From Candidatus Hydrogenedentota bacterium (lineage in GTDB: Bacteria > Hydrogenedentota > Hydrogenedentia > Hydrogenedentales > JAEUWI01): a stretch of 40,504 bases of DNA. Below are positions 27,923-37,473 of the stretch, one piece after another (the first letter of the stretch is position 1; each line of letters begins with the position of its first letter). The stretch lies in assembly GCA_034669905.1 (NCBI GenBank), contig JAXMOL010000064.1, forward strand, positions 1-40,504. Reading direction: 5' to 3'. The translations under genes and the position numbers were made by a program. A model generated the notes under the pieces. That model worked only from the letters and a program-made list of their open reading frames with translations, did not search any database and was not told the origin of the DNA.

Positions 27923-29860
27923 TTAACTCACTCCATTGCTGTACCGGTGCCGGAAAGGATAACTCAAGACGATGGTGTTAATCAGCGCACTGGGCCGGTA
28001 GTCATTGGCCTTGAGGGCCGCGACACTTTCATTAATAACGCAGGTGTCGTAGCGATTCAGTGAACGCCCCAGGGCGTAGCCCAACATTTTTTTCGAAAGG
28101 TTCCGGGCAAACTGATCTTTCTGGCGCAACAGGATGGCCTTCAGTTCCTCGGGGCCGGCGAATTCCTCCCCGGAGGGCAGGACACCGGAAGCATCCACGG
28201 GGAGTTCATCCTGGGTGGCGCGAAAGCGACCGATGGGATCAAAGTTTTCCAGGCCGAATCCGAGGGGGTCCATCTTGCTGTGGCAACCGGCGCACTCGGC
28301 TTTCTCGCGGTGCACTTCCAACTGCTGGCGGAAGGTCAGCCCCTCCACACTCTTGCCATCTTCCGGCAGCGAAGGCACGTTGGGCGGGGGCGGCGGCACG
28401 TGCTCACCCAGGATACGTTCCATAACCCACATGCCGCGCAAGACCGGACTCGTCCGCAGGGAGTGGGAGGTGGACGTCAACACGGCGGCCATACCGAGGA
28501 CACCACCCCGGCTCGCATCGGCTACCTGGACCCGGCGCAATTCCGGGCCTTCCACCCCTTCGACGCCATAGAGTTTTGCGAGTTCTTCGTTGGCGAAGAT
28601 ATAGTCGGAATTAATAAGTTCCAGGAGACTCCGGTCTTCCCGCACGATGTCATTGAAATAGGCGTAGGCTTCCTGCTGCATCACCTCGGCCAGGGCGTCG
28701 CTGTATTCGGGAAAGAGATTGGGGTCGGGTTTTTTCGTTTCGCCCAACTGGGAGATGCCGAGCCACTGGCCACCAAAGAGCCGCCCGAAGGCTTCGGCCT
28801 TGGGGTCGCGCACCATACGCTTTATCTGGGCCTGGATTTCGTTGGGGTCTTCCAGCTTACCCGCTTCCGCCGCCGCGAGCAGCTCGTCGTCGGGCATGCT
28901 GGACCAGAGGAAATAGGAGATGCGGGAGGCCAGCTCAAATCCACCGAGGGCATAGTTCCCCACTTCGGGCGGGTTGGGCTCGGCGAGAAACAGGAAATGG
29001 GGCGACACGAGGGCCGCTTTCATGGCGAGCTTGAGGGCCCCTTCATAGGATTCGCCCCGGGCAAGCCCCTGGTCAAACAGGGTAAACAGCCCTTCCAGCG
29101 AATCCTCCGGCGGGGTACGGCGCCAGGCACGACGGGCGTAATCCCGTATCACGGTCCGACCCGCGTCGGCCGCGCTCAACCCTTCGGCAGGCTGCACCGT
29201 GATTAGACGGGCGGCCGCCTCGGGCGACACGACCCCATCCTCGGTAACCGGCAGGGCCGCTTCCACGGCGTTGTCTGCCGCAGTCAGGTATTTCTCCAAC
29301 TGGATGGCCGAAAGATAGAGGGCACCACCCATGTTGTCGAAGCCTTCGCCGCCCGCACCGTCGGTGGGAAAATTTTCGGCCAGTGCAATATCGATACCGA
29401 GCAACTGCTGCACCGTGTTTTCGTATTCCATCCGGTTCAGACGACGGCTCATCACGTCACCGGAATACCACGCGACCGACTCCTCACTGGCGATGCGGTT
29501 GCAGTCCGTGTTATCCACATCGAGGGAGGCCACCCAATTGGCCAGCAGGCGACGCTCTTCATCGGTGGGCTGCTTCTTTTTCTTCTTCGGCGGCATCTCT
29601 TTGTTATTGGTCCGCTTGATCATGCGCTGCCACACCGCGAGGGCATCGAGCACATGATTCTTGTCGGTAAAGCGGTCAATGTTCAGGTCGCCCTTGGCCA
29701 CGTCTTCGTCGTGGCAATCGATGCAATACCGCTCCATCATGGGGCGGATGGTGTTTTCAAAATCGATGGGCGCTTCCGCATGGGCCAGGGGGGCCAGCAG
29801 CGTGCCGCCAAGGAGGGTCACCGAAAGGGTCGATGCGCTGAGGTACTTCGTGTAAGACAT
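27923..29860 (-). CDS. DUF1592-type protein (cytochrome c + DUF1587/1595/1592/1588/1585 architecture)
   Basis: CIDCH and CAGCH heme motifs, RRLNRMEYENTV, LASRISYFLWSSMPDDEL, TSPVLRG.W, DPLGFGLENFDPIGR, YALGR. Confidence 0.92.
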   Translation of the reverse strand: MSYTKYLSASTLSVTLLGGTLLAPLAHAEAPIDFENTIRPMMERYCIDCHDEDVAKGDLNIDRFTDKNHVLDALAVWQRMIKRTNNKEMPPKKKKKQPTDEERRLLANWVASLDVDNTDCNRIASEESVAWYSGDVMSRRLNRMEYENTVQQLLGIDIALAENFPTDGAGGEGFDNMGGALYLSAIQLEKYLTAADNAVEAALPVTEDGVVSPEAAARLITVQPAEGLSAADAGRTVIRDYARRAWRRTPPEDSLEGLFTLFDQGLARGESYEGALKLAMKAALVSPHFLFLAEPNPPEVGNYALGGFELASRISYFLWSSMPDDELLAAAEAGKLEDPNEIQAQIKRMVRDPKAEAFGRLFGGQWLGISQLGETKKPDPNLFPEYSDALAEVMQQEAYAYFNDIVREDRSLLELINSDYIFANEELAKLYGVEGVEGPELRRVQVADASRGGVLGMAAVLTSTSHSLRTSPVLRGMWVMERILGEHVPPPPPNVPSLPEDGKSVEGLTFRQQLEVHREKAECAGCHSKMDPLGFGLENFDPIGRFRATQDELPVDASGVLPSGEEFAGPEELKAILLRQKDQFARNLSKKMLGYALGRSLNRYDTCVINESVAALKANDYRPSALINTIVLSYPFRHRYSNGVS

Positions 29861-30136
29861 AGTATCTGCTAAAGGCCTTCCAACGGGTTATACGGACCCC
29901 GGTGGGGTCCATCAGTGGCCTGCCGGACCACAAGAGGATAAACAACACCTGCATAGTATATGCCCAAGCACAGATCAAAGTTCCATCTCGGAGGCCCATT
30001 TCAGGTAGCATTCGGTTGAAAAGGGCGTTGATCTTTTAGCTCATTTAGCGCATAGTGCTATACATAAGAAAGGCAGGGTCGGATTGGCCGCGTAGCTGCC
30101 TGCATCGTTTCGATTCCCTATCGCGAAGGAGTTTGC

Positions 30137-31741
30137 ATGATTCGCACCCTTTTTGCCCTGGTCCAGCGCAGTGCTGCCCGAATTCCGATCGCTGGAATGG
30201 CCTTCGCTGCGGTCCTTCCGGTCCTTTCGGTCAGCGCCGAACTCCAGCAGCTGGACGTGGGGGGCTCCCTCCAGATCTATGGCCATTATTACACCGATTT
30301 TTATGAGAACAACGACCCGACCCGCATTGCACCCGGGCCCCTGGCGGGGCGACCCATTGGCGCCATTGCCCGCGACCCGCTGACCCAGGCGGTGATCTCC
30401 AGCATTCGGACCTTTGATGGGGACGGATCGGAAGGGGTGGCCTGGGTGGAACAGCGCACGGCCCTCCACATCAATGCCCGGTTCACCGATGCGGTTTCGG
30501 TCTTCATCGAATTCGACAGCATCAGCGAATGGGGTACCGATTTCCGTTCCAATACGATCACAGGCATCGACACCACGGGCACTTCGGATATCAATCTTTA
30601 CCAGGCCTATTTGGAGGCCAACGGCATGTGGGGACTGCCCCTCCGCCTCCGCCTGGGCCGCCAGGAATTGCTCCTGGGAAACGAATGGCTGGTCGGTAAC
30701 AACTACTGGTTTAATCCCCTGACCAACCTGTCCTTCGACGGCATCCGCCTGACCTATGGCACGGGGCCCTTCACGGTAGACGCCTTTGGCATGAAGCTGA
30801 ACGAGAATTTCAAAGGTTTTGCAGATGGTGACGCCGAGTTATACGGCCTCTACGGCAGCTATACCGGCCTGGAAGACGTGACCCTTGACCTGTACTGGCT
30901 GCTGCTGCGCGACGGTGCCGATATTGAAGACATCCGGGGCACCTTGTTTGTCGAGACCGTAGAAGACCTGCTCGGCATCGACGACTATGCCACGACCGCT
31001 ATCCACACCATCGGGCTCCGTGGCGCCGCAACGTGGGGCGGTGTTGATCTGGAAGGCGAAATCGCCTATCAATTCGGCGATGCCTCCGCCATTGGCGTCA
31101 CCTTTGCCCCCGTGATCTATGGCGATGACGACGCCACCTACAGCACGTGGGCAGGCAACGTTACGCTGGGCTACACCTTCGACACGGCGTGGAATCCCCG
31201 CCTCTACGTAGGCGGCGAATACTATGGCGGCGAGGACAGCCGGGATCGCAGCCTCCTGGAAATGCTCAACCCCTTTGACAAGCCGGAAGCAAGTCTTTCA
31301 TTCAACCGCCTCTTCACCAGCTGGGAAGCCGATTGGTTTCTGGACGCCAACAATCTTTCCAATGTCTGGATCCTGAAGGCGGGCCTATCGGCGAATCCCA
31401 CGGAAAAAATCGAAGGGGGGCTGGATGTCCTCTACTTTGAAACGGTCGACACCTTCCGAAGCCCGGTGCTGGGCCGCTACGGTGCCAGCCGCATGCCGGT
31501 CTACGCCCTGACGCCCTGGGGTGGCAAAGAGAGCGACCCGACGCTGGGCACCGAAACGGTCTTGTGGATGACCTACGCCTATTCCGACGACCTGCTCTTT
31601 GAAGCCGGATGGGCCCACTTTTTCACGGGCGACGGCCTGGAAGACGGCAACTTCGTCAACCTGAACGGCCTCGGGTTTTTCGGCGGTCTCGACAACGACG
31701 ACGGAGACTACTTTTATATGGGCAGCACCATCACCTTTTAG
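30137..31741 (+). CDS. Alginate export family-like outer-membrane beta-barrel
   Basis: Signal peptide, EQRT.L, LYQAYLE, LRLGRQEL..G.EWLVG, FDGIRL, C-terminal Phe. Confidence 0.8.
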   Translation: MIRTLFALVQRSAARIPIAGMAFAAVLPVLSVSAELQQLDVGGSLQIYGHYYTDFYENNDPTRIAPGPLAGRPIGAIARDPLTQAVISSIRTFDGDGSEGVAWVEQRTALHINARFTDAVSVFIEFDSISEWGTDFRSNTITGIDTTGTSDINLYQAYLEANGMWGLPLRLRLGRQELLLGNEWLVGNNYWFNPLTNLSFDGIRLTYGTGPFTVDAFGMKLNENFKGFADGDAELYGLYGSYTGLEDVTLDLYWLLLRDGADIEDIRGTLFVETVEDLLGIDDYATTAIHTIGLRGAATWGGVDLEGEIAYQFGDASAIGVTFAPVIYGDDDATYSTWAGNVTLGYTFDTAWNPRLYVGGEYYGGEDSRDRSLLEMLNPFDKPEASLSFNRLFTSWEADWFLDANNLSNVWILKAGLSANPTEKIEGGLDVLYFETVDTFRSPVLGRYGASRMPVYALTPWGGKESDPTLGTETVLWMTYAYSDDLLFEAGWAHFFTGDGLEDGNFVNLNGLGFFGGLDNDDGDYFYMGSTITF

Positions 31742-31770
31742 GAGCGAATAGGGGGTTGAGGCACGTGGGC

Positions 31771-31992
31771 TCTAAGAGGGGGACAGCCCCGACTGTATTC
31801 GTTATCGTTCGAACTTGAGGACAGTCTATTCCACCTGCCCATTTTTACCGCCACGGCACCAGTTTCTACGTCGGTGCAGTCCCCGGGGACTGCACCGACG
31901 GCGTTCATGCGAAGGAGATGGAGGCACTTGGGGGCGGGCAAACGGATGGGGTTGGAGCGCGTCCAATGGATAGTCGGGACTGTCCCCCTCTT
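31771..31992. repeat. REP-like cluster (4 motifs) with a perfect 32-bp palindrome
   Basis: Motifs at 31779, 31870, 31885, 31973. CGTCGGTGCAGTCCCCGGGGACTGCACCGACG at 31869-31900. Confidence 0.9.
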
Positions 31993-32059
31993 GGAAACGA
32001 CATGCCCCGTTATATGACCACCCCTATTCCCTGTTCCACGAAAACACGCTAAGAACGCC

Positions 32060-33418
32060 TTACTTCGTCGCGCCAATACGTTTTACCGTGACGGTCCGGT
32101 CTGCTTTTCCGTCGGTCTTGGGCAACAGCACCAGCCGCGTTCCCATGCCGCGATACGCCTCCGAGGACGACAGGTCGATGGCGTAGGTGCGCATCGTGCC
32201 ATCGGGAATCACGTCAAAATTAACGGCACCGCCGCCCTTTCCGCCGCGGACACCTTCCCAGCGGAGCCTGGCCTCCGTACTCCCCGTGTCGAAAGCCGCT
32301 TCAACATAGACCACGGGCATATCTGCGGTCGCCCAGAAGGCATCGGGGCCCACCAAGCGGGGTCGCTCGCCATTCAGACGCACGGGCCAGGAACCCTTCA
32401 GCGCCCACCCATCATCCTGTGCATCCGCCAGGGTCCAGCTTTGACGACTCGTCTCGAAGCGGTAGTCCGGCACGGTTTTTTTCTCGGCGTGCTGATACAC
32501 GTAGTCGCGAATCTCCTCGACTTTCCCGACGATCAACGTGTAGTTATAATCGTAGACGATGTTGTGGTCGATAATTTCCCGGCGGGTGGGGGAAATGTAA
32601 CCCGTAGGCCCGTCTTTCGGACCACCCGAACCGGGCTTACCCGCAAAGCCCCCCGTATAGGCGAAGGTGTTGGGCGTCCAGATACCCAGGCCAAAGCCAT
32701 CATCCCGCACCAGGGCCGCCCAGTTTTCGGTGGCATACCAACGATCCCACGGACCACCCGGTGCTTCGGCCGGTGGAATGCGCGTGTCCCATACCTTATC
32801 AATCTGACGCAGCGGCCCGCCCGTGTAAGGCTGGTCCCCGTCATAGGTGAAGAGCCGGTAGTAGGTGCCGTTGGTGTAAACCGCCGGCAGCTCCTGGCTG
32901 CGCGCGGGGTACTGGGTGTCGTCTTTCCGCGCGTTGTTGATCTGACTGCGCACCCGAACCGTGTTCCCATCCAGGGTCAGCCAGGATTCAAAGGTGCATT
33001 GCCCCGGCTCATTCTCCAAGGGCCAATGCATGGGAATACATTTCACATACAGCTCCGTGCCGCTGTTGGTATGGGCCGTCACCCGCGACGGGTTGTTAAA
33101 CGCATCGCCCGACTGGATAGGATTCCACCCGATGAAGGTCCAGCTCTTCGCCGGCTCCTTACCGCTCTCGGGATAATAGGGCGCCGGTCCCGAGTAGAAG
33201 GACATCTGGATCTGCCGTCCCCAATCGTGGCTGTTGATCATGTTTTCATCGCTACCCGATTTAGAGAGGTAGGTGATGGCCCCGCCGATATCGAGGTTAA
33301 TACCAATACGGACCGTGCCATTGTCGAGATAACTCATCCCCGAGAAGGCGGGAGATTCGGCGGCGGAAACAGGGAACGCGAGGCACAGGGTGCACACCGC
33401 AAGGGAGACGTACTTCAT
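32060..33418 (-). CDS. Secreted hypothetical protein (beta-rich, possible carbohydrate-active)
   Basis: Signal peptide MKYVSLAVCTLCLAFPVSA, LDNGTVRIGI.LDIGGAI, HDWGRQIQMSFY, WNPIQSGD. Trp/Tyr-rich. Confidence 0.75.
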   Translation of the reverse strand: MKYVSLAVCTLCLAFPVSAAESPAFSGMSYLDNGTVRIGINLDIGGAITYLSKSGSDENMINSHDWGRQIQMSFYSGPAPYYPESGKEPAKSWTFIGWNPIQSGDAFNNPSRVTAHTNSGTELYVKCIPMHWPLENEPGQCTFESWLTLDGNTVRVRSQINNARKDDTQYPARSQELPAVYTNGTYYRLFTYDGDQPYTGGPLRQIDKVWDTRIPPAEAPGGPWDRWYATENWAALVRDDGFGLGIWTPNTFAYTGGFAGKPGSGGPKDGPTGYISPTRREIIDHNIVYDYNYTLIVGKVEEIRDYVYQHAEKKTVPDYRFETSRQSWTLADAQDDGWALKGSWPVRLNGERPRLVGPDAFWATADMPVVYVEAAFDTGSTEARLRWEGVRGGKGGGAVNFDVIPDGTMRTYAIDLSSSEAYRGMGTRLVLLPKTDGKADRTVTVKRIGATK

Positions 33419-33558
33419 GGGAATACCTTTCTGATGAACCAAGCGCAACCACATCGCACGGGTCAGGAACCCAGCGACACACGCCGCTCCCACGATACGG
33501 GTTCGCGACACGAGATTTCCATCCCCCGGATGGACTTTTGTGCGGTATGTGGATTTAT

Positions 33559-33804
33559 TCAAGGAACGGTAACGCGACCGTTTCTGCATGAGCGCACGTA
33601 GGCGACGGGATCGGACATTTCTTCGCGGTCTGCCCACATTCCAAAAATGTTGAGATCTTCGACGCGGGGCCGCTCTGCATTGCGAATCGGCTCAATGCGC
33701 GCAACCGACTTTCCCCGGTTTGTCAGGGTGACCGTCTCGTTGCGCTCTATCGCATCAAGTATCTTTTTCGGATTACGTCTCATATCCAAGACCGTCGCCT
33801 TCAT
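33559..33804 (-). CDS. Phd/YefM-family antitoxin (no adjacent toxin)
   Basis: MKATVLDMRRNPKKILDAIERNETVTLTNRGKSVARIEP..FGMWADR. AAGGAAG RBS. Confidence 0.8.
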   Translation of the reverse strand: MKATVLDMRRNPKKILDAIERNETVTLTNRGKSVARIEPIRNAERPRVEDLNIFGMWADREEMSDPVAYVRSCRNGRVTVP

Positions 33805-33826
33805 ATCCACTTCCTTTCTCAAGTAT

Positions 33827-33841
33827 GCACTCTTAGTGTGC
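33827..33841. promoter_or_regulatory. Candidate antitoxin operator palindrome
   Basis: GCACTCTTAGTGTGC (12 of 15 positions self-complementary), ~22 bp upstream of the antitoxin start. Confidence 0.4.
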
Positions 33842-34039
33842 GCTCAAAAGCACTTCGTATCAAGAAGAAAGACCCTTGGTGAGCGGGGGATTTGGCGGTG
33901 AAAGAAGGAAACGTGAAGCCCAAAGCGCACCCCGTGATTTACCTCTCCGGGCAGCGTCTATGCGCGGCTTGACGCCGGCACCCAAACATCGTCCGCCTTC
34001 GCACGTCAACATCGTGCTATGCCGCAATCATTCCCCCGC

Positions 34040-36727
34040 TCATTCTGCGGGCTCAAGTTCGACCTCGATTTCGTAGCCCGGTTCTATTGCCGCTTCGAAT
34101 CGCTTGAAACCTTCCCGGGAAACGCCGATCTTCAGCGGCGCCTCGGGCACATAAAAAGTGACGCGCCCATCTTGCCCGACGGGACCGTCCGCAATAGCCT
34201 CATCGGTCTCGCCGTGGTACACGCGCACGTAGGGGGGCGACATACCGGGAACAACCTCATAGTTCAATACCGCCACCGAAATGCTTTGCGTGTATTCCTC
34301 CACCACAATATCCCCGAAGCTTTCCGTCGCATCGGCCACTACTGCAACCCACTCCGAAGACACCCGGCTGAACCGATTACCGCCCACCACCAATTGGTAT
34401 TCGCCCTGCGCCGGGACCGTCAAAGCAAAGCGGCCCGCTTCATCGGTGGGCTGGGAAGGTGACTGCTCCTGTCGGTCGTTCTCTCCGTGTCGGTACTTTC
34501 TTCCCAGTTGAATGGGTACCCCTTCCACACCTTCTCCCCGTCCATTCACCACACGTCCTTCCAGGGTTCCTTTACCGACAGGCTCCCGGGCCGCTGCACT
34601 CTTAGCCGCCAACGTAAGCGTCAGCGCTGTCTTAACCGACTCTCCGGAAAGAACGCTAATAAAGGTTTTTCCCTGGTCTTCCGGGTAGATGTACTCTTCC
34701 GGACTTTTGTAGACATATAGATACGAATCGCCCGTGGGCACCCGGAAAGCAAACTTCCCCGTCTCATCGGTCTCCGTTGACCCGATGAGCTGCGCCTGAA
34801 AATCGAAGTCGTCTTCACGGGGATTCATGACGGCCAGCCCGACCCCGGAAATCGGCGAACCGGTCTCTTCATCCAGCACCCGCCCCGTCTGAAGCGCCCC
34901 CTTTTCCACGAGGAAATCTGCATCGTTGTAGGCGCTGGCAGCGGCCACATCAACGCCTGCCACGACACTGGAAATCCATTCTGGCGGCGATCCATAGTGC
35001 TGCAGTTTGAGTGAGTACCGCCCCCCGGGAAGACCCGATATGGTGTAGCGCCCAAAGGCATCGGTGAGCGCGGTAAAGGAAGTGGTGACACCAAGGCCCG
35101 TCTCGCGGCCAAAAGGTCGGGCGAATACGGGGTAGTCGACGGCCGGTGCGCCATCCACAAAACGCACTGTGCCGGAAAAGGTGGATTCGGGTGCCATGGC
35201 CACCGTGATAGCCTCATCGTGGCTGGCATCGAAGGTGCGATACTGAGACTCACCAAGCCCCGGACCTGTAAATTCGAGGTAGCACGTTTGCCCCTTGGGC
35301 ACATCGCCGAGTTGAAATGTACCGTCGGCCGCCGGGGTGGTAGAAAATACCTCGGGCCAGAGGGGCGGACGATATTTGGAGGCCGCGGAAAAGGAGGTCC
35401 CATAGCCAATATCCCCCGTCTGGATTCGCACGGTCAAAACATTCAGCGTGACGGTCGTCACGTCGAAGCCGGGGGGCACGGTCACCACGCCACGCAGGGT
35501 GCAGGAGGGTACGAGGGTGATTCGATCCCAGCCATCGTCCTTGGCGGAACGCTCCGAATGCATCCATGCCCCCACCAATTTATCCGGCACACGGGCATAT
35601 GCGGCGTAGTAGGTCTTAACAGACCCGGTTGCCCCACCCACATCGGGCACTTCCACGAAGCCGTCCTCATCCGTAGTGACCGGACCAAACGGTTTCCGAA
35701 TGATGTCTCCCGGCTTGTGGGGCTGCATCATGTCCGGCACGCGAGACACGGTGCGCACATGATACACCTCGGCACCCGCAACCGGCTTTCCCTTGCTATC
35801 CACGCATTGGAGGCGGAGCATGTCTTCGGCGGGAGCTTCCTGCGCCACGACAGCGGCCGCAACGGAGATGACTTCCGGCGGGGCCAGCTTTTCCACGCGC
35901 TGTGACACAGGTGCGACTTCCTCGATGGGTGCTTCGGGAAGCCGATGCTGAGCTACCGGCAGATTGTGTCGGGTGACCGCGTCTCCCTGACGGGACAGCA
36001 GTTGCGCCCCACCGACCCACAATATCGCCACGGCCAATACCACCGCGGGCACGGCGAGGCGCCCATACCAACGGGACCGTTGCGCCCTGGGGGCCTGCCG
36101 GTCTGCCAGTCCAATCTTGTGGAGTCGCTCCAACAGGGCAGGCGAGGCCGCTGGTGCTTCATAGGCGGCAAACAAACCGGTCAAGGCCGCCACGCTCAAG
36201 GTCACGTGCCGTGCATCCAGCTCCTCCCGGATGGTGGCGATGGCCCGTTGGATGCGCCCCGTCACCGCCGAGCGGGAAAGCCCCAGACTCTTCGCCACTT
36301 CCCGGTGCGTGCGCCCTTCAAAAAAATGGAGGACCAGGGGCACCTGCAGATCGTCGGGTAGTTGGGCGATGACGTCATCGATGTGCTCTTGGATATCCCG
36401 CCACGTGGGCTCGGTAGCCGTGGGGCGCTCCTGGGCATAGACTTCTTCCCGCGCCGCCCGTCGCGTATCACTGCGCCGTCGGTCCAGGGCGCGATTGGTG
36501 GCCACCCGGTGGAGCCACCCCCCCAGCGAGGGCACAATAGTACGGGTCGCCTGGCTGGCCTGGAGGAAACACTCCTGGGTCACTTCCTCCGCGTCCGACG
36601 CATTGCCCAGTATCCGCCGGCTCGTGGCCAGCACCATGCCTGCATGGCGGTGGACCAATTCCGAAAAGGCCTCCGCATCCCGCCCGTCAATCCAACGTTC
36701 CAACAGTGCCGCATCGTTCTTGCTCAT
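34040..36727 (-). CDS. ECF sigma-70 factor fused to a TM helix and carboxypeptidase-regulatory-like (Ig-like) domains
   Basis: Sigma2 AFSELVHRH..DAEEVTQECF..GWLHRVA and sigma4 LPDDLQ..HFFEG.THREVA. TM LAVPAVVLAVAILWVGG. Repeated DSKGKPVAGA / TDAFGRYTI / TDETGKF / TDEAGRF modules. Confidence 0.9.
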   Translation of the reverse strand: MSKNDAALLERWIDGRDAEAFSELVHRHAGMVLATSRRILGNASDAEEVTQECFLQASQATRTIVPSLGGWLHRVATNRALDRRRSDTRRAAREEVYAQERPTATEPTWRDIQEHIDDVIAQLPDDLQVPLVLHFFEGRTHREVAKSLGLSRSAVTGRIQRAIATIREELDARHVTLSVAALTGLFAAYEAPAASPALLERLHKIGLADRQAPRAQRSRWYGRLAVPAVVLAVAILWVGGAQLLSRQGDAVTRHNLPVAQHRLPEAPIEEVAPVSQRVEKLAPPEVISVAAAVVAQEAPAEDMLRLQCVDSKGKPVAGAEVYHVRTVSRVPDMMQPHKPGDIIRKPFGPVTTDEDGFVEVPDVGGATGSVKTYYAAYARVPDKLVGAWMHSERSAKDDGWDRITLVPSCTLRGVVTVPPGFDVTTVTLNVLTVRIQTGDIGYGTSFSAASKYRPPLWPEVFSTTPAADGTFQLGDVPKGQTCYLEFTGPGLGESQYRTFDASHDEAITVAMAPESTFSGTVRFVDGAPAVDYPVFARPFGRETGLGVTTSFTALTDAFGRYTISGLPGGRYSLKLQHYGSPPEWISSVVAGVDVAAASAYNDADFLVEKGALQTGRVLDEETGSPISGVGLAVMNPREDDFDFQAQLIGSTETDETGKFAFRVPTGDSYLYVYKSPEEYIYPEDQGKTFISVLSGESVKTALTLTLAAKSAAAREPVGKGTLEGRVVNGRGEGVEGVPIQLGRKYRHGENDRQEQSPSQPTDEAGRFALTVPAQGEYQLVVGGNRFSRVSSEWVAVVADATESFGDIVVEEYTQSISVAVLNYEVVPGMSPPYVRVYHGETDEAIADGPVGQDGRVTFYVPEAPLKIGVSREGFKRFEAAIEPGYEIEVELEPAE

Positions 36728-36758
36728 GGTAGGGCTCCTCCGTTACACCATACCCTAA

Positions 36759-36784
36759 AAACGTCACCGACGGCCTTTTGGTCA
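36759..36784 (-). promoter_or_regulatory. Candidate ECF-type promoter TGACC-N16-CGTTT
   Basis: Minus-strand spacing and CGT -10 element fit ECF promoters. Lies ~30 bp upstream of the ECF start, ahead of the GGAGG RBS. Confidence 0.3.
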
Positions 36785-36962
36785 GGCGACGGAAAGATCA
36801 TGGCCCTGCCGTCCTGCAGGTTGACTCGAATGGGATCACTGGGATAGGCTTAGGCCATAGAAACTGCCCCCGATTGCGCCCGCCGTCAACCGGTTTGTGG
36901 TGGGGGGCGTTACCCACAAAACGAATCAACCGTTTCCCGACCCGTTCGGGCGGAGTGCTTGC

Positions 36963-37397
36963 ATGAAATCCTACGTTCTGGCCCTACTCACCGTTGTTTC
37001 CATGCCCCTGCTGGCGGGCTGTAACTCCCTCGGCGGGGTGCCCGAATTTGTGCAGGCAGGCATCACGCCCCTGGCCCTCCATCCCGGTGACACGGCCCTC
37101 GTCACGATCGACGTGAAAGATAAGAATGACATCATCGCCTCCATCGTGGGCGTTATCGAAGAAGAGCCTTCGCGCAAATTGAAACTCCACGATGACGGTG
37201 AAGAAGGCGATGTGAAGGCGGGCGACGATACGTGGTCCCTCGCCGTGCAGGTGCCCCTGGAGGCCCCTCCCGGCAACTTTAACCTCACCTTTACCGCCTA
37301 CCGCGGTGATGGGGTGGCCGTGCCGATTCGCGCCGATGACGGCACCATTGAGCCCCTGGCCGTAAACATCCCTCTGAGCATCACACTCAAGCAGTAA
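36963..37397 (+). CDS. Lipoprotein with choice-of-anchor X-like Ig domain
   Basis: Lipobox LLAGC and acidic loop LHDDGEEGDVKAGDDTWS. Confidence 0.75.
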   Translation: MKSYVLALLTVVSMPLLAGCNSLGGVPEFVQAGITPLALHPGDTALVTIDVKDKNDIIASIVGVIEEEPSRKLKLHDDGEEGDVKAGDDTWSLAVQVPLEAPPGNFNLTFTAYRGDGVAVPIRADDGTIEPLAVNIPLSITLKQ

Positions 37398-37473
37398 GTT
37401 ATTTCCCGCTGACCCCAGCGGTATCCTGCTGCCGTGGCCCCGGGTCGGCCCCAACCTACCCATAGGCCCTATC

